From: Bacilli bacterium
GTDB lineage: Bacteria; Bacillota_I; Bacilli_A; RF39; UBA660
Reading direction: 5' to 3'
Assembly (NCBI GenBank): GCA_017438635.1
Contig: JAFRUZ010000016.1
Location: 8,627 to 72,626 of the forward strand
Length of the DNA: 64,000 nt
In this document: positions 20,621 to 29,752 of the stretch, piece by piece
Layout: every line of letters starts with the position of its first letter
How positions within the stretch are numbered: position 1 is the first letter of the stretch
Program-made: the position numbers and the translations under genes
Notes under the pieces: model-generated
What the model was told of the DNA's origin: nothing
Databases searched by the model: none
Seen by the model: only the letters and a program-made list of their open reading frames with translations

Positions 20621-21478
20621 ATGGTAACACAAGAACAATATATAAAAGACTCACATAAAATAGCCGTCAATGCGTTAAAAAACTTTTTTAGAAATATAGA
20701 TTTTAATGAAGAAGCATTTAATCATCTTTATAATATAAAAACTTACATGGTGGAGTTTCTACCACCAGATGTAGAAGCAATGTATATACATGAAGAAAGT
20801 ATAAAAGAAGATCCTATGGATAATACTATAGCAATTAACTCAAGATTATTAAAAAAGTATATTGATATAATAAATAAAGATAAATCAATATATAATAAAA
20901 TGGTATTACAACTAGCTTCTTCATTAGTTCATGAAATGATACATGCAAATAGAGTAATAGTTTTGGATTATGTAACAAAAGAAAAGGATTTAAAGAATCC
21001 GAGTAAGCCTCCAATTGAAACATGGCATGCAAGATCAAATTTAGTTTCTGAAATCTATCATAAAACAAACAAATTAAGTGAGGAAGAAGAAAGTGATAGA
21101 ATATATTATCAAGGAGATTTCGAAGAAACAATAACAGAAGCCTTAGCGGACATGATAATGCTAACAAAAAATGATAATGTATTCGATTTGGAAGAAACAA
21201 ACGACATAATACAAAAAAGCAATGCTGATATGATAATAAAAATAGGTTCCCAAATACTAAAAGATATGGGAATAGAAACAATAAAATGGTTTATGACAGC
21301 AGCTTATGAAAACAGTTACTATGATAAATTTGAACATACATTTGGAGATAAATATGACGATTTACTATATGATGTAAGCGATATATACACATCAGTATAT
21401 TGTAATAATCAAATAGATAGAAACAGTGTCAACAATATAAAAAGAATACTAGAAGAAAAAACAAATAAAAGAAGATAA
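20621..21478 (+). CDS. Hypothetical cytoplasmic protein with an HExxH zinc-metallopeptidase-like motif
   Basis: 285 aa; LVHEMIHANR plus downstream EETITEALAD; no signal peptide; RBS GGAGA; own terminator. Confidence 0.6.
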   Translation: MVTQEQYIKDSHKIAVNALKNFFRNIDFNEEAFNHLYNIKTYMVEFLPPDVEAMYIHEESIKEDPMDNTIAINSRLLKKYIDIINKDKSIYNKMVLQLASSLVHEMIHANRVIVLDYVTKEKDLKNPSKPPIETWHARSNLVSEIYHKTNKLSEEEESDRIYYQGDFEETITEALADMIMLTKNDNVFDLEETNDIIQKSNADMIIKIGSQILKDMGIETIKWFMTAAYENSYYDKFEHTFGDKYDDLLYDVSDIYTSVYCNNQIDRNSVNNIKRILEEKTNKRR

Positions 21479-21500
21479 AGAAGTACAAACTTCTTTTTTT
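21478..21500 (+). terminator. Intrinsic terminator
   Basis: AGAAGT-acaa-ACTTCT followed by T7. Confidence 0.65.
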
Positions 21501-21526
21501 GTTTTTATATAAAAAATATGCTATAA
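21498..21526 (+). promoter_or_regulatory. mnmE promoter (TTGTTT - 17 nt - TGcTATAAT)
   Basis: Extended -10 TGCTATAAT at 21518-21526. Confidence 0.6.
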
Positions 21527-21552
21527 TACAAACGAAAAAAGGAGGAATACCT

Positions 21553-22896
21553 ATGAATGATACTATTTGTGCAATATCAACAACTCTTGGGGTAGGGGCA
21601 ATATCAATAGTAAGAGTAAGTGGTAAAGAAGCTATAGAAAAAGTTAATAATATAACTAATATAGACTTAACAAAGAAAAAAAGTCATACTATTTCTTATG
21701 CATATATAAAAGATAACAACGAAATAATAGATGAAGTACTTATATCAATAATGAAGGCTCCAAAAACATTTACAACAGAAGATACAGTAGAAATAAACTG
21801 TCATGGTGGTATAGCAACTACAGAAAAAGTACTAGAATTGCTTTTAAAACAAGGAATCCGCCTTGCAGAAACTGGAGAATTTACAAAAAGAGCCTTTCTA
21901 AATGGCAGAATAGATTTAACAGAAGCAGAAGCAGTAAATGATCTAATCAACACCAAAACAGATAAAGCAAGAAAAATAGTAATAAACAATTTAAAGGGAA
22001 CAACAAGCAATAAAATACGAAAATTAAGAGAAAGACTAGTAAAAATAATAAATAACATCGAAGTAAACATAGATTATCCAGAATACCAAGATATAGAAGA
22101 AATGACAGTTGAAAAAATAAAAGAAGAAATAGGAAGTATAGAAGAAGAACTAGAAAGTATAATAACTAACTCAGAAAACAGTAAAATAATAACAAATGGT
22201 ATAAATATAGCTATAATAGGTAGACCCAACGTAGGAAAAAGTAGTATTTTAAACAAACTAATCGAAGAAGATAAAGCAATAGTAACAAATATACCAGGAA
22301 CAACTAGGGATATAGTAGAAGCATCATTCAACTTAAACGGTATAACCTTAAATCTAATAGATACCGCAGGAATAAGAGAAACAGAAGATATAGTAGAACA
22401 AATTGGTGTAAAAAAATCAAAAGAAGCACTAGAAAAAGCAGATTTAGTACTTCTAATTCTAAATAACAATGAAAAACTAACAAAAGAAGATAAAGAATTA
22501 TTAGAGATATCAAAGAATAAAAAAAGAATAATAGTAGTAAATAAAACAGATTTAGAGAAAAAACTTGATATAAAAGATGAAAACATAGTATATACCAATA
22601 CTATTGAAGAAAAAGGAATAGAAGAACTTTTAGATAAAATAAGTGAATTATATAAATTAGAACAACTAGAAACAAATGATTTCTATTACGTATCAACAAT
22701 AGAACAGTTAAATAAAATAAAAAGTACTAGAAATAACATAAAAGATATAAAAGCAGGATTAAAAGAAAATATATCAATAGATATGTTAGAAATAGATCTA
22801 AGAGAAATATGGCAAACACTTGGTGAAGTAATAGGAGAAACATATACAGAAGAACTTTTAGATAATTTATTTAAAAACTTCTGCGTAGGAAAGTAG
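21553..22896 (+). CDS. mnmE: tRNA modification GTPase MnmE
   Basis: Start at ATG 21553 (MNDTICAISTT) behind AGGAGGA; G-domain GRPNVGKSS, DTAGIR, NKTD; C-terminal FCVGK. Confidence 0.95.
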   Translation: MNDTICAISTTLGVGAISIVRVSGKEAIEKVNNITNIDLTKKKSHTISYAYIKDNNEIIDEVLISIMKAPKTFTTEDTVEINCHGGIATTEKVLELLLKQGIRLAETGEFTKRAFLNGRIDLTEAEAVNDLINTKTDKARKIVINNLKGTTSNKIRKLRERLVKIINNIEVNIDYPEYQDIEEMTVEKIKEEIGSIEEELESIITNSENSKIITNGINIAIIGRPNVGKSSILNKLIEEDKAIVTNIPGTTRDIVEASFNLNGITLNLIDTAGIRETEDIVEQIGVKKSKEALEKADLVLLILNNNEKLTKEDKELLEISKNKKRIIVVNKTDLEKKLDIKDENIVYTNTIEEKGIEELLDKISELYKLEQLETNDFYYVSTIEQLNKIKSTRNNIKDIKAGLKENISIDMLEIDLREIWQTLGEVIGETYTEELLDNLFKNFCVGK

Positions 22897-23630
22897 TGAA
22901 AAAAATGAATAATAAAAAAGTGAGTAATGAAAGATTAAATAACCATAAAACAAAAACAAATACAATGATAAGTGAGACCAGCCAGGCCATAAAAGCACTA
23001 AGTCAAATTAATAACAAATATTCTTCTATAAACAATGTTTCAGAAATATATAGAGATAAAATATATAACATATATAATAATTTTGAAAAACAATCTATAG
23101 ACTTCTGGGGTAACGATTTTCAATTAAGAGAAGCAATACTATTTCATTTAAGATTAAAATCACTTGAAAGCACAGTATATTTAAAAATAATAATAGAAAA
23201 AATAGTACTATCACCAAATATAATAGTAACTAGTAGAGCATTAAACAATTTAACATATCAAAGAATGGAAAAAACAATCAATGAAATAAATAAAATAGGT
23301 GATTATATAGTTAACTATGACTTAGAAAAGGATTTAAATGAAACATTAATTGATTACTTTGAAAACTTACCAGTTGAATTTGAAAAACCACAATCTATTA
23401 CAAAAAAATATCAAAAAATGAAAAACAATATTGAAAAACTAGGATTAACAAGCATATTAGAAGAAAAAGAAGAAGAAATACTAAAATTAATTGAACAAAA
23501 AGAAGAAAAATGTCAAAAATATGAAGAAAACAAAGACAATATACTAAAACTATTATTTGAGCTAGAAGATATAGAGTTTGAAGCCAAAGAAAAAAGGCAT
23601 AAAAAAAGTCCTATAAAAATAAGAAAGTAA
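22896..23630 (+). CDS. Hypothetical protein, Asn/Lys/Glu-rich with a predicted coiled-coil C-terminus
   Basis: 244 aa (GTG 22896, or more likely ATG 22905). No recognisable motif. Co-directional with mnmE, and no terminator separates them. Confidence 0.55.
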   Translation: MKKMNNKKVSNERLNNHKTKTNTMISETSQAIKALSQINNKYSSINNVSEIYRDKIYNIYNNFEKQSIDFWGNDFQLREAILFHLRLKSLESTVYLKIIIEKIVLSPNIIVTSRALNNLTYQRMEKTINEINKIGDYIVNYDLEKDLNETLIDYFENLPVEFEKPQSITKKYQKMKNNIEKLGLTSILEEKEEEILKLIEQKEEKCQKYEENKDNILKLLFELEDIEFEAKEKRHKKSPIKIRK

Positions 23631-23641
23631 AAGGAGAAACA

Positions 23642-24133
23642 ATGAATAAAGAATTAATAAAATATAAAGAACAATTAATAAAAAATGGTTTTATGGTACT
23701 AGATGAAACTGGAAAAATAAAAGATTTAGCAACAAAATCAGAAGTAATTGAATCAATAAAAAAAGAAGAATTAATCATAGAATCAATAGAAAGACAAATA
23801 ACAGATGGAAATAAAGGATTAAAAGGAAAAATAAGATTAGTAAAACCATTAAACAGTTTAGTAGAAAAAACATTATTAAACCTAGATATAGTACAATTAG
23901 AAATAAACGAAGAAAATATAAAAATACAAGAATATATAAAACTTAATGACTTTGTATCAGAATTACAAAATAGAGGTTTCACTTTAGGACTTACAAGTCA
24001 AGAAGAAGTACAAGAAGAAAGTAAAATAGATAAACTAGTAAATAAAGTAAATAAAACTAGAACTTTAACAGGATATAAAATAGTAATAGTTCCAAAAGAT
24101 AGAGTATTAGAAGATTCAAGTAGGAATAGATAA
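23642..24133 (+). CDS. Hypothetical protein
   Basis: 163 aa; RBS AAGGAGA; no recognisable motif; followed by a terminator. Confidence 0.55.
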   Translation: MNKELIKYKEQLIKNGFMVLDETGKIKDLATKSEVIESIKKEELIIESIERQITDGNKGLKGKIRLVKPLNSLVEKTLLNLDIVQLEINEENIKIQEYIKLNDFVSELQNRGFTLGLTSQEEVQEESKIDKLVNKVNKTRTLTGYKIVIVPKDRVLEDSSRNR

Positions 24134-24157
24134 TAGAATCATAAGATTCTATTTTTC
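24133..24157 (+). terminator. Intrinsic terminator
   Basis: ATAGAATC-ataa-GATTCTAT followed by TTTTT. Confidence 0.65.
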
Positions 24158-24186
24158 TTGTTAAAATATAAAAAATGTGCTATGAT
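24158..24186 (+). promoter_or_regulatory. mnmG promoter (TTGTTA - 17 nt - TGcTATGAT)
   Basis: Extended -10 TGCTATGAT at 24178-24186; the region is a near-duplicate of the mnmE promoter. Confidence 0.6.
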
Positions 24187-24216
24187 ACAAACGCATAAAA
24201 AGAGGAAGTGGTATAG

Positions 24217-26070
24217 ATGAAATACGACATAATTGTTGTTGGAGGGGGACATGCAGGTTGTGAAGCTGCCTTAGTAAGTGCAAGACTAGATAACAAAACT
24301 CTTCTAATAACAGGTAATATAAAAAATATTGCAGACTGTCCATGTAATCCATCTGTTGGAGGATCAGCAAAGGGTATAGTAGTTCGTGAAATAGATGCTC
24401 TTGGAGGAGAAATGGGTATAAATGCAGATAAATCACTTATTCAAATAAAAAAGCTAAATACTAGAAAAGGACCAGCAGTATGGTCTTTAAGATCACAAAT
24501 AGATAAAGTAGATTACAGTCAAAATATGATAGAGACATTAAACAAAGAAAATAATCTTGAAATAAAAGAAACATTAGTAGAACATCTAATAGTAGAGAAT
24601 AATACAGTAAAAGGTGTAATAACAAGAGAAAAAGAACAAATTGAAGCAAAAGCAGTAATATTAACAACAGGAACATATTTAAATTCAAATATTTTAGTAG
24701 GGAGTACAAAAAAACAAGAAGGTCCACACGGAGAAGAAACAGAACTTAACCTAAGTAAAGACTTAAAAAACCTAGGCTTTACAATACAAAGACTAAAAAC
24801 AGGTACACCACCAAGGATAAAAAGAGATACAATAGATTTTTCAAAAACTAAAGTAGAGAAGGGTAGTGATGTGCATCTACAATTCTCATTTTATGAAAAA
24901 TCACCATTTGATATAGAAAAACAAGAAGACTGTTACTTAATATATACAACACCAAAAACACATAAAATAATATATGATAACTTAACAAAATCCGCTATGT
25001 ATGGTGGATATGTCGAAGGAGTAGGGCCAAGATATTGCCCATCAATAGAAGACAAACTAGTAAAATTTAAAGATAAAGAAAGACATCAATTATTCTTAGA
25101 ACCAGAAAGTAGACACTACGATAGCATATATATTCAAGGATTTTCATCAAGTATGCCAATAGATGTTCAAGATAAAATGGTCCATAGTTTACCAGGCTTA
25201 GAAAACTGTGAAATACAAAAATATGCTTATGCTATAGAATATGACGCCATTGATCCTACTCAGTTAAAAAGATCACTTGAAACAAAAGTCATAGAAAATC
25301 TCTTCACAGCAGGGCAAATAAATGGTACAAGTGGTTATGAAGAAGCAGCTTGTCAAGGATTAATGGCTGCAATAAATGCTAATCAAAAGTTAAAAAATAA
25401 AGAACCTCTAGTATTAGGAAGAGATGAAGCCTATATTGGAGTATTAATAGATGATTTAGTAACAAAAGGAACACTAGATCCTTATAGATTACTTACATCA
25501 AGAGCAGAATATCGTCTTCTTTTAAGAGATGATAACGCAGATTTAAGATTAACAGAACACGGAAGAGAAGTAGGATTAGTAAAAGATAAACAATATAAAG
25601 TATTCACAGACAAAAAACGAAAAATAGAGGAATTATTAAAAAAATTAGAACAAACAATAACTCCTACTAAAAAAACAAATGAAATACTTGAAAAAAGTGG
25701 CATAAAACCAATATTAGATAAAATATCATTACACGATTTATTAAAAAAGCCAGATGTAACAGTAGAAAAATTAGATTATTTCTTAAATAATAAATACGAA
25801 AAAGAAGTACGAGAAGAAGTAGAAATAATGATAAAATACGAAGGTTATATCAAAAAACAAATAGAAGATGCTGAAAAACAAAAAGAATATGAAAAAATAA
25901 AATTAAGTGAAGATATAGATTATAATAACGTACCTAATCTAGCACTAGAAGCAAGAGAAAAACTAAATAAAATAAAACCTACATCTATAGGACAAGCAAT
26001 GAGAATAAGTGGAGTAAATCCAAGCGATATAAGTATTTTAACCATTTACTTAAGGAGTAAACATGAATAG
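24217..26070 (+). CDS. mnmG: tRNA uridine 5-carboxymethylaminomethyl modification enzyme MnmG (GidA)
   Basis: 617 aa; FAD motif VVGGGHAGCEAA; GPRYCPSIEDK. Confidence 0.97.
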   Translation: MKYDIIVVGGGHAGCEAALVSARLDNKTLLITGNIKNIADCPCNPSVGGSAKGIVVREIDALGGEMGINADKSLIQIKKLNTRKGPAVWSLRSQIDKVDYSQNMIETLNKENNLEIKETLVEHLIVENNTVKGVITREKEQIEAKAVILTTGTYLNSNILVGSTKKQEGPHGEETELNLSKDLKNLGFTIQRLKTGTPPRIKRDTIDFSKTKVEKGSDVHLQFSFYEKSPFDIEKQEDCYLIYTTPKTHKIIYDNLTKSAMYGGYVEGVGPRYCPSIEDKLVKFKDKERHQLFLEPESRHYDSIYIQGFSSSMPIDVQDKMVHSLPGLENCEIQKYAYAIEYDAIDPTQLKRSLETKVIENLFTAGQINGTSGYEEAACQGLMAAINANQKLKNKEPLVLGRDEAYIGVLIDDLVTKGTLDPYRLLTSRAEYRLLLRDDNADLRLTEHGREVGLVKDKQYKVFTDKKRKIEELLKKLEQTITPTKKTNEILEKSGIKPILDKISLHDLLKKPDVTVEKLDYFLNNKYEKEVREEVEIMIKYEGYIKKQIEDAEKQKEYEKIKLSEDIDYNNVPNLALEAREKLNKIKPTSIGQAMRISGVNPSDISILTIYLRSKHE

Positions 26071-26755
26071 TGATACATTTAAAGAAGAATTAAAAAAACT
26101 AGGTATAGAATTAAATAATAAACAAGAAAAACAATTAGAAAAATACTATGAAATGCTAATAGCAACAAATAAAATAACTAATTTAACTAGAATAGTAGAA
26201 AAAGAAGATGTCTATTTAAAACACTTTTATGATAGTTTAACAATAGTAAAAGTAATAGATTTAAAACAAAACTTAACATTAATAGATATAGGTACTGGAG
26301 CAGGTTTTCCAGGTTTAGTATTAAAAATAGTTTTTCCAAATCTAAAAGTAACTTTATTAGATTCACTTAATAAAAGAATAGAGTTTTTAGATAAAGTAAT
26401 AAAAGAACTTGATTTAAAAGATATAAAAACAGTTCATTCAAGAATAGAAGACTACAAAGAAGAATTTGATATAGTTACATCAAGAGCAGTAGCAAAAACT
26501 AATATTCTTCTAGAGTTATCATGTAATTTAGCTAAAATAAATGGTTACTACATATTACTAAAAGGAGAACTAAATCAAGAGCTAAAAGACTCAGAAACAG
26601 CAATAAAAGAATTAAAACTAGAATTAGAAAAAAAAGAAGAGTTTTTATTACCAATAGAAAATAGTAAAAGAACAATAATAAAACTAAAAAAACTAGATAA
26701 AGTAGACAGTAAATACCCAAGAAATTTTACACAAATAAAGAAAAATCCATTGTAA
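26063..26755 (+). CDS. rsmG: 16S rRNA (guanine527-N7)-methyltransferase RsmG (GidB)
   Basis: 230 aa; the SAM motif IDIGTGAGFPGLVLKI. Confidence 0.93.
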   Translation: MNSDTFKEELKKLGIELNNKQEKQLEKYYEMLIATNKITNLTRIVEKEDVYLKHFYDSLTIVKVIDLKQNLTLIDIGTGAGFPGLVLKIVFPNLKVTLLDSLNKRIEFLDKVIKELDLKDIKTVHSRIEDYKEEFDIVTSRAVAKTNILLELSCNLAKINGYYILLKGELNQELKDSETAIKELKLELEKKEEFLLPIENSKRTIIKLKKLDKVDSKYPRNFTQIKKNPL

Positions 26756-26821
26756 AATTTCTTTTTTTATTGTAAAATGCTATTATAGGAAAAGTATGTA
26801 TAAAAAGAATAGAGGGATATT

Positions 26822-28216
26822 ATGAACTTAGAAAAAGAAATTTTTGACATAGCGTTACAAGATTTAATACCAAATAGGTTCCAACCACGTGAAATATTTA
26901 ACGATAAAGAACTTTCAGAATTAGCAGATTCAATAAAACAACACGGAGTAATACAACCAATAATAGTTCGTAAAGTTGGAGATAAATATGAAATAATTGC
27001 AGGAGAACGTCGTTTTAGGGCTTCTCAACTTGCTGGAAAAGAAACTATCCCTGCTTTAGTAAGAGATATAGATGATAAAGAAGCTGCAAAAATAGCATTG
27101 CTTGAAAACCTTCAAAGAAGTAATCTAACACCAATAGAAGAAGCAAAAACATATCAAACAATACTAAAAATAGATAATATAACTCAAGATGAATTAGCAA
27201 ATAATCTAGGAAGATCACAATCAACAATAGCTAATAAATTAAGATTGTTAACATTGGCAGAAGAAGTTCAAACAGCTCTATTAAACTCACAAATATCAGA
27301 AAGACATGCAAGAAGTCTATTAGGACTAACAAATGAACAACAAGTAGCATTACTTCATAAAACAATAGAAGAAAAGTTAACAGTTAGACAATTGGATGAA
27401 GAAATAATGAAATTAACAGGTAGGGCACCTGAAAATAACGAAGTAGACTACACTTTAGCAGAAGGAGAAACAAATATGAATAATAATTTTCCAAATATGA
27501 ACAACACTATAGGAGTTTCACAAGTTACAATGCCTAATAACGTTAATACAGAAAGCCCAGTAATAACTGAAAATAATGTGCCAGTAGAACCTGTTATAAA
27601 TATACCAACAGTGGATATTCCGCCAGCAGTAGAAGAAAATGTACAACCAGTAAATGAAGTATTTCAACCAGCACCTGAAAATAATAACCCAATAGAAAAC
27701 ACACCAAATACTGAAGTAGTTGCTCCGCCAACAATAGAAATGCCAGTAATGGATAATAATCTAAATCCATTACCAGAAGCAACTGAAACAAATGTAATAG
27801 AAGAAAATCCACAAGAAGAACCTATTATGGAACAACCTATTACTGAACCAGTAATAGAACCAAATTCAAATGAACCAACAGTAGAACAAAGGCCTCAAAT
27901 TACAGAAGCAGGAAACAATGAACCACAAGTAGCAGCAGCAAGAGAAGAAAATATATTTGATAAATTAAGAGTAACTAGAGAAGAAACAGAACAAGAAAAC
28001 AAATTTGATTTAAAAACACCAGATTTAAATATGGTAATAGAAAATCAAATAAATTCCCAAGAAGAACAACAAACAGATATGTATGATATGAGATTTGCGA
28101 TAAATAATTTTAGACAAGCTGTTCAAAATACTGAAAAATTTGGATTCAAAGTAAATACAACTGAAAATGATCTTGGAGATAAATATCAATTAATAATAGA
28201 AATAGACAAAAAATAA
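26822..28216 (+). CDS. noc: ParB-family nucleoid occlusion protein (Noc-like) with a long low-complexity insertion
   Basis: 464 aa. ParB box GERRFRA. HTH/recognition region RSQSTIANKLRLLTL...ISERHARSLL resembles B. subtilis Noc (QSTIANKLRLL, ITERHARAL). The C-terminus RFAINNFRQAVQNTEKFGFKVNT...YQLIIEIDKK resembles the Noc C-terminal domain. Position after rsmG. Residues ~200-415 are a Pro/Glu/Asn/Val-rich linker. Confidence 0.8.
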   Translation: MNLEKEIFDIALQDLIPNRFQPREIFNDKELSELADSIKQHGVIQPIIVRKVGDKYEIIAGERRFRASQLAGKETIPALVRDIDDKEAAKIALLENLQRSNLTPIEEAKTYQTILKIDNITQDELANNLGRSQSTIANKLRLLTLAEEVQTALLNSQISERHARSLLGLTNEQQVALLHKTIEEKLTVRQLDEEIMKLTGRAPENNEVDYTLAEGETNMNNNFPNMNNTIGVSQVTMPNNVNTESPVITENNVPVEPVINIPTVDIPPAVEENVQPVNEVFQPAPENNNPIENTPNTEVVAPPTIEMPVMDNNLNPLPEATETNVIEENPQEEPIMEQPITEPVIEPNSNEPTVEQRPQITEAGNNEPQVAAAREENIFDKLRVTREETEQENKFDLKTPDLNMVIENQINSQEEQQTDMYDMRFAINNFRQAVQNTEKFGFKVNTTENDLGDKYQLIIEIDKK

Positions 28217-28240
28217 GATGTGTTAAACACATCTTTTTTA
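28215..28240. terminator. Bidirectional terminator between noc and the convergent hydrolase gene
   Basis: AAGATGTGT-taa-ACACATCTT flanked by A/T runs. Confidence 0.65.
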
Positions 28241-28243
28241 TTT

Positions 28244-29584
28244 TTAATACCACATATCAGTATACAAACCATCCTCTTTATAATAATCATCTAAAAGAAC
28301 AGTTTGAACAAACTCATCAGCAGCCTCTGCAAAAGTGTAAGTATTAATAACAGGACCACCAAAAGTCCAAAGTGATTCTGCTACATAAACATGTTCATCA
28401 TCAATACCAGCAACAATAGCAATATGTCCCCAAACACCAAGTAAATCACCGGCTTTTACTTTACCTGATTTGAACAATTTAACAGAAGTATCAACCTTTT
28501 CTCCACCAATATCATTAATTTCATTAGTATCTTCAAGATTATCTCCAGCACCTTTGTCACCAGGATCATATCCGCCATTAACTATACTCCATGAAACAAA
28601 ACCACTACAATCAAGACCATTAGGTTTATATTGACCTTTCTTAAATACAGTTCCCCAATCTTCATAATTTCGAAGAGGGCATCCCCATATTGCAGGACCT
28701 GCAAAAGAGTATTTTAAATCTTTAAATTTTGATTCGTGTAAATAAAGTCCCTTATGATAATACCTTCCTTCACCATCAGCATTATGCATACCACCATCAA
28801 TTCTACCGTTTTCGAAGAAATATTCAACTTGATAAGGGAAATCAAGCATTAAAAATCTAATAGATTCAACAACAGCAGCACGTGTGCCATAACCACCAAC
28901 TGCTTCAATTTTACTTTTTAAAATATTATCAATCTTCTGAGATTCTACCTTAGAATAATGATTACAAGGTAAATTTGGTTTATTCTTATTAAACTTTTTA
29001 GGTCTCTTAGTAATCAAATTAGTAACTTCAACTTCAAAAGTCTTAGAATAACTATCATTAACAGTCATTTTAACTTTTGTTTTACCAACCTTCTTGGCAA
29101 CTAGTTTATTACCCTTAACAACAACCACTTTATTATTGGAAGCTTTATAAACAATATTTTTCTTATTACCAATAATAGTAAGATTAGGATTTATCTTAGT
29201 AGAATCATTAACTGCTAAGTATATTTTTTTAGGTAAACTATCACTAACTACTAAATTATCTATAGCAAACTTTTGTATAAAAACATTATATTTTTTAATA
29301 TAAACATCAGTAAGATTACTATCTACCTTTAACTGACACTCATTATTAACAACATCCACCCAGCCTGTAGCAACAGAACTATCTTTACTACTGTAACCAC
29401 ACCTAACTCCGTCTTCTAAATTAGTTATCTTTAAAACAAGCTCATCTTTGCCAGACTCCTTAATACTTAAATTATTTAAAACATCTAATTTATAGAAAGA
29501 GTTTAAAAAATAATAAACAGTAATTAAGCAACCACCTATAATAAAGAAGATGAAAGCGAAAAAAATTAAAACTCCCTTTTTCAT
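28244..29584 (-). CDS. Secreted/anchored cell-wall hydrolase: N-terminal TM/signal, Ig-like (Big_2-like) domain, NlpC/P60-type Cys peptidase domain
   Basis: 446 aa; hydrophobic N-terminus; LDCSGFVSW (catalytic Cys) and GHIAIVAG (His). Confidence 0.7.
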   Translation of the reverse strand: MKKGVLIFFAFIFFIIGGCLITVYYFLNSFYKLDVLNNLSIKESGKDELVLKITNLEDGVRCGYSSKDSSVATGWVDVVNNECQLKVDSNLTDVYIKKYNVFIQKFAIDNLVVSDSLPKKIYLAVNDSTKINPNLTIIGNKKNIVYKASNNKVVVVKGNKLVAKKVGKTKVKMTVNDSYSKTFEVEVTNLITKRPKKFNKNKPNLPCNHYSKVESQKIDNILKSKIEAVGGYGTRAAVVESIRFLMLDFPYQVEYFFENGRIDGGMHNADGEGRYYHKGLYLHESKFKDLKYSFAGPAIWGCPLRNYEDWGTVFKKGQYKPNGLDCSGFVSWSIVNGGYDPGDKGAGDNLEDTNEINDIGGEKVDTSVKLFKSGKVKAGDLLGVWGHIAIVAGIDDEHVYVAESLWTFGGPVINTYTFAEAADEFVQTVLLDDYYKEDGLYTDMWY

Positions 29585-29752
29585 ATAAACACCTACTATA
29601 CAATAGAATTATATCATATTTTTTTAAAATTAAAACAATATTATAAAAAAATAAATCAGATAAATATTATTAATATAAAATACCAAAAACACTTTAAAAA
29701 AAATTATATTTTTGATAAAATAGAAATAGCGAAAAAAGGAGAAGTGACATAA

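Noticed and set aside
22074-22598. 174-aa minus-strand ORF antisense to mnmE. Similar long antisense ORFs occur at 20835-21281, 23611-23982, 33397-33807, 34652-35023, 39516-39866, 52317-52820, 60725-61204, 61355-61675 and 63305-63796.
   Set aside because: All lie entirely within, and antisense to, strongly supported conserved genes. They have Ser/Phe/Ile/Leu-rich low-complexity translations typical of the reverse frame of Lys/Glu/Asn-rich AT-rich genes, and they lack RBSs.
26881-26900. CCAACCACGTGAAATAT inside noc, reminiscent of the parS found within spo0J in Bacillus.
   Set aside because: It matches too few parS positions, mainly the central CACGTGAAA. It encodes the conserved PNRFQPREIF box, so the similarity is explained by coding constraints.
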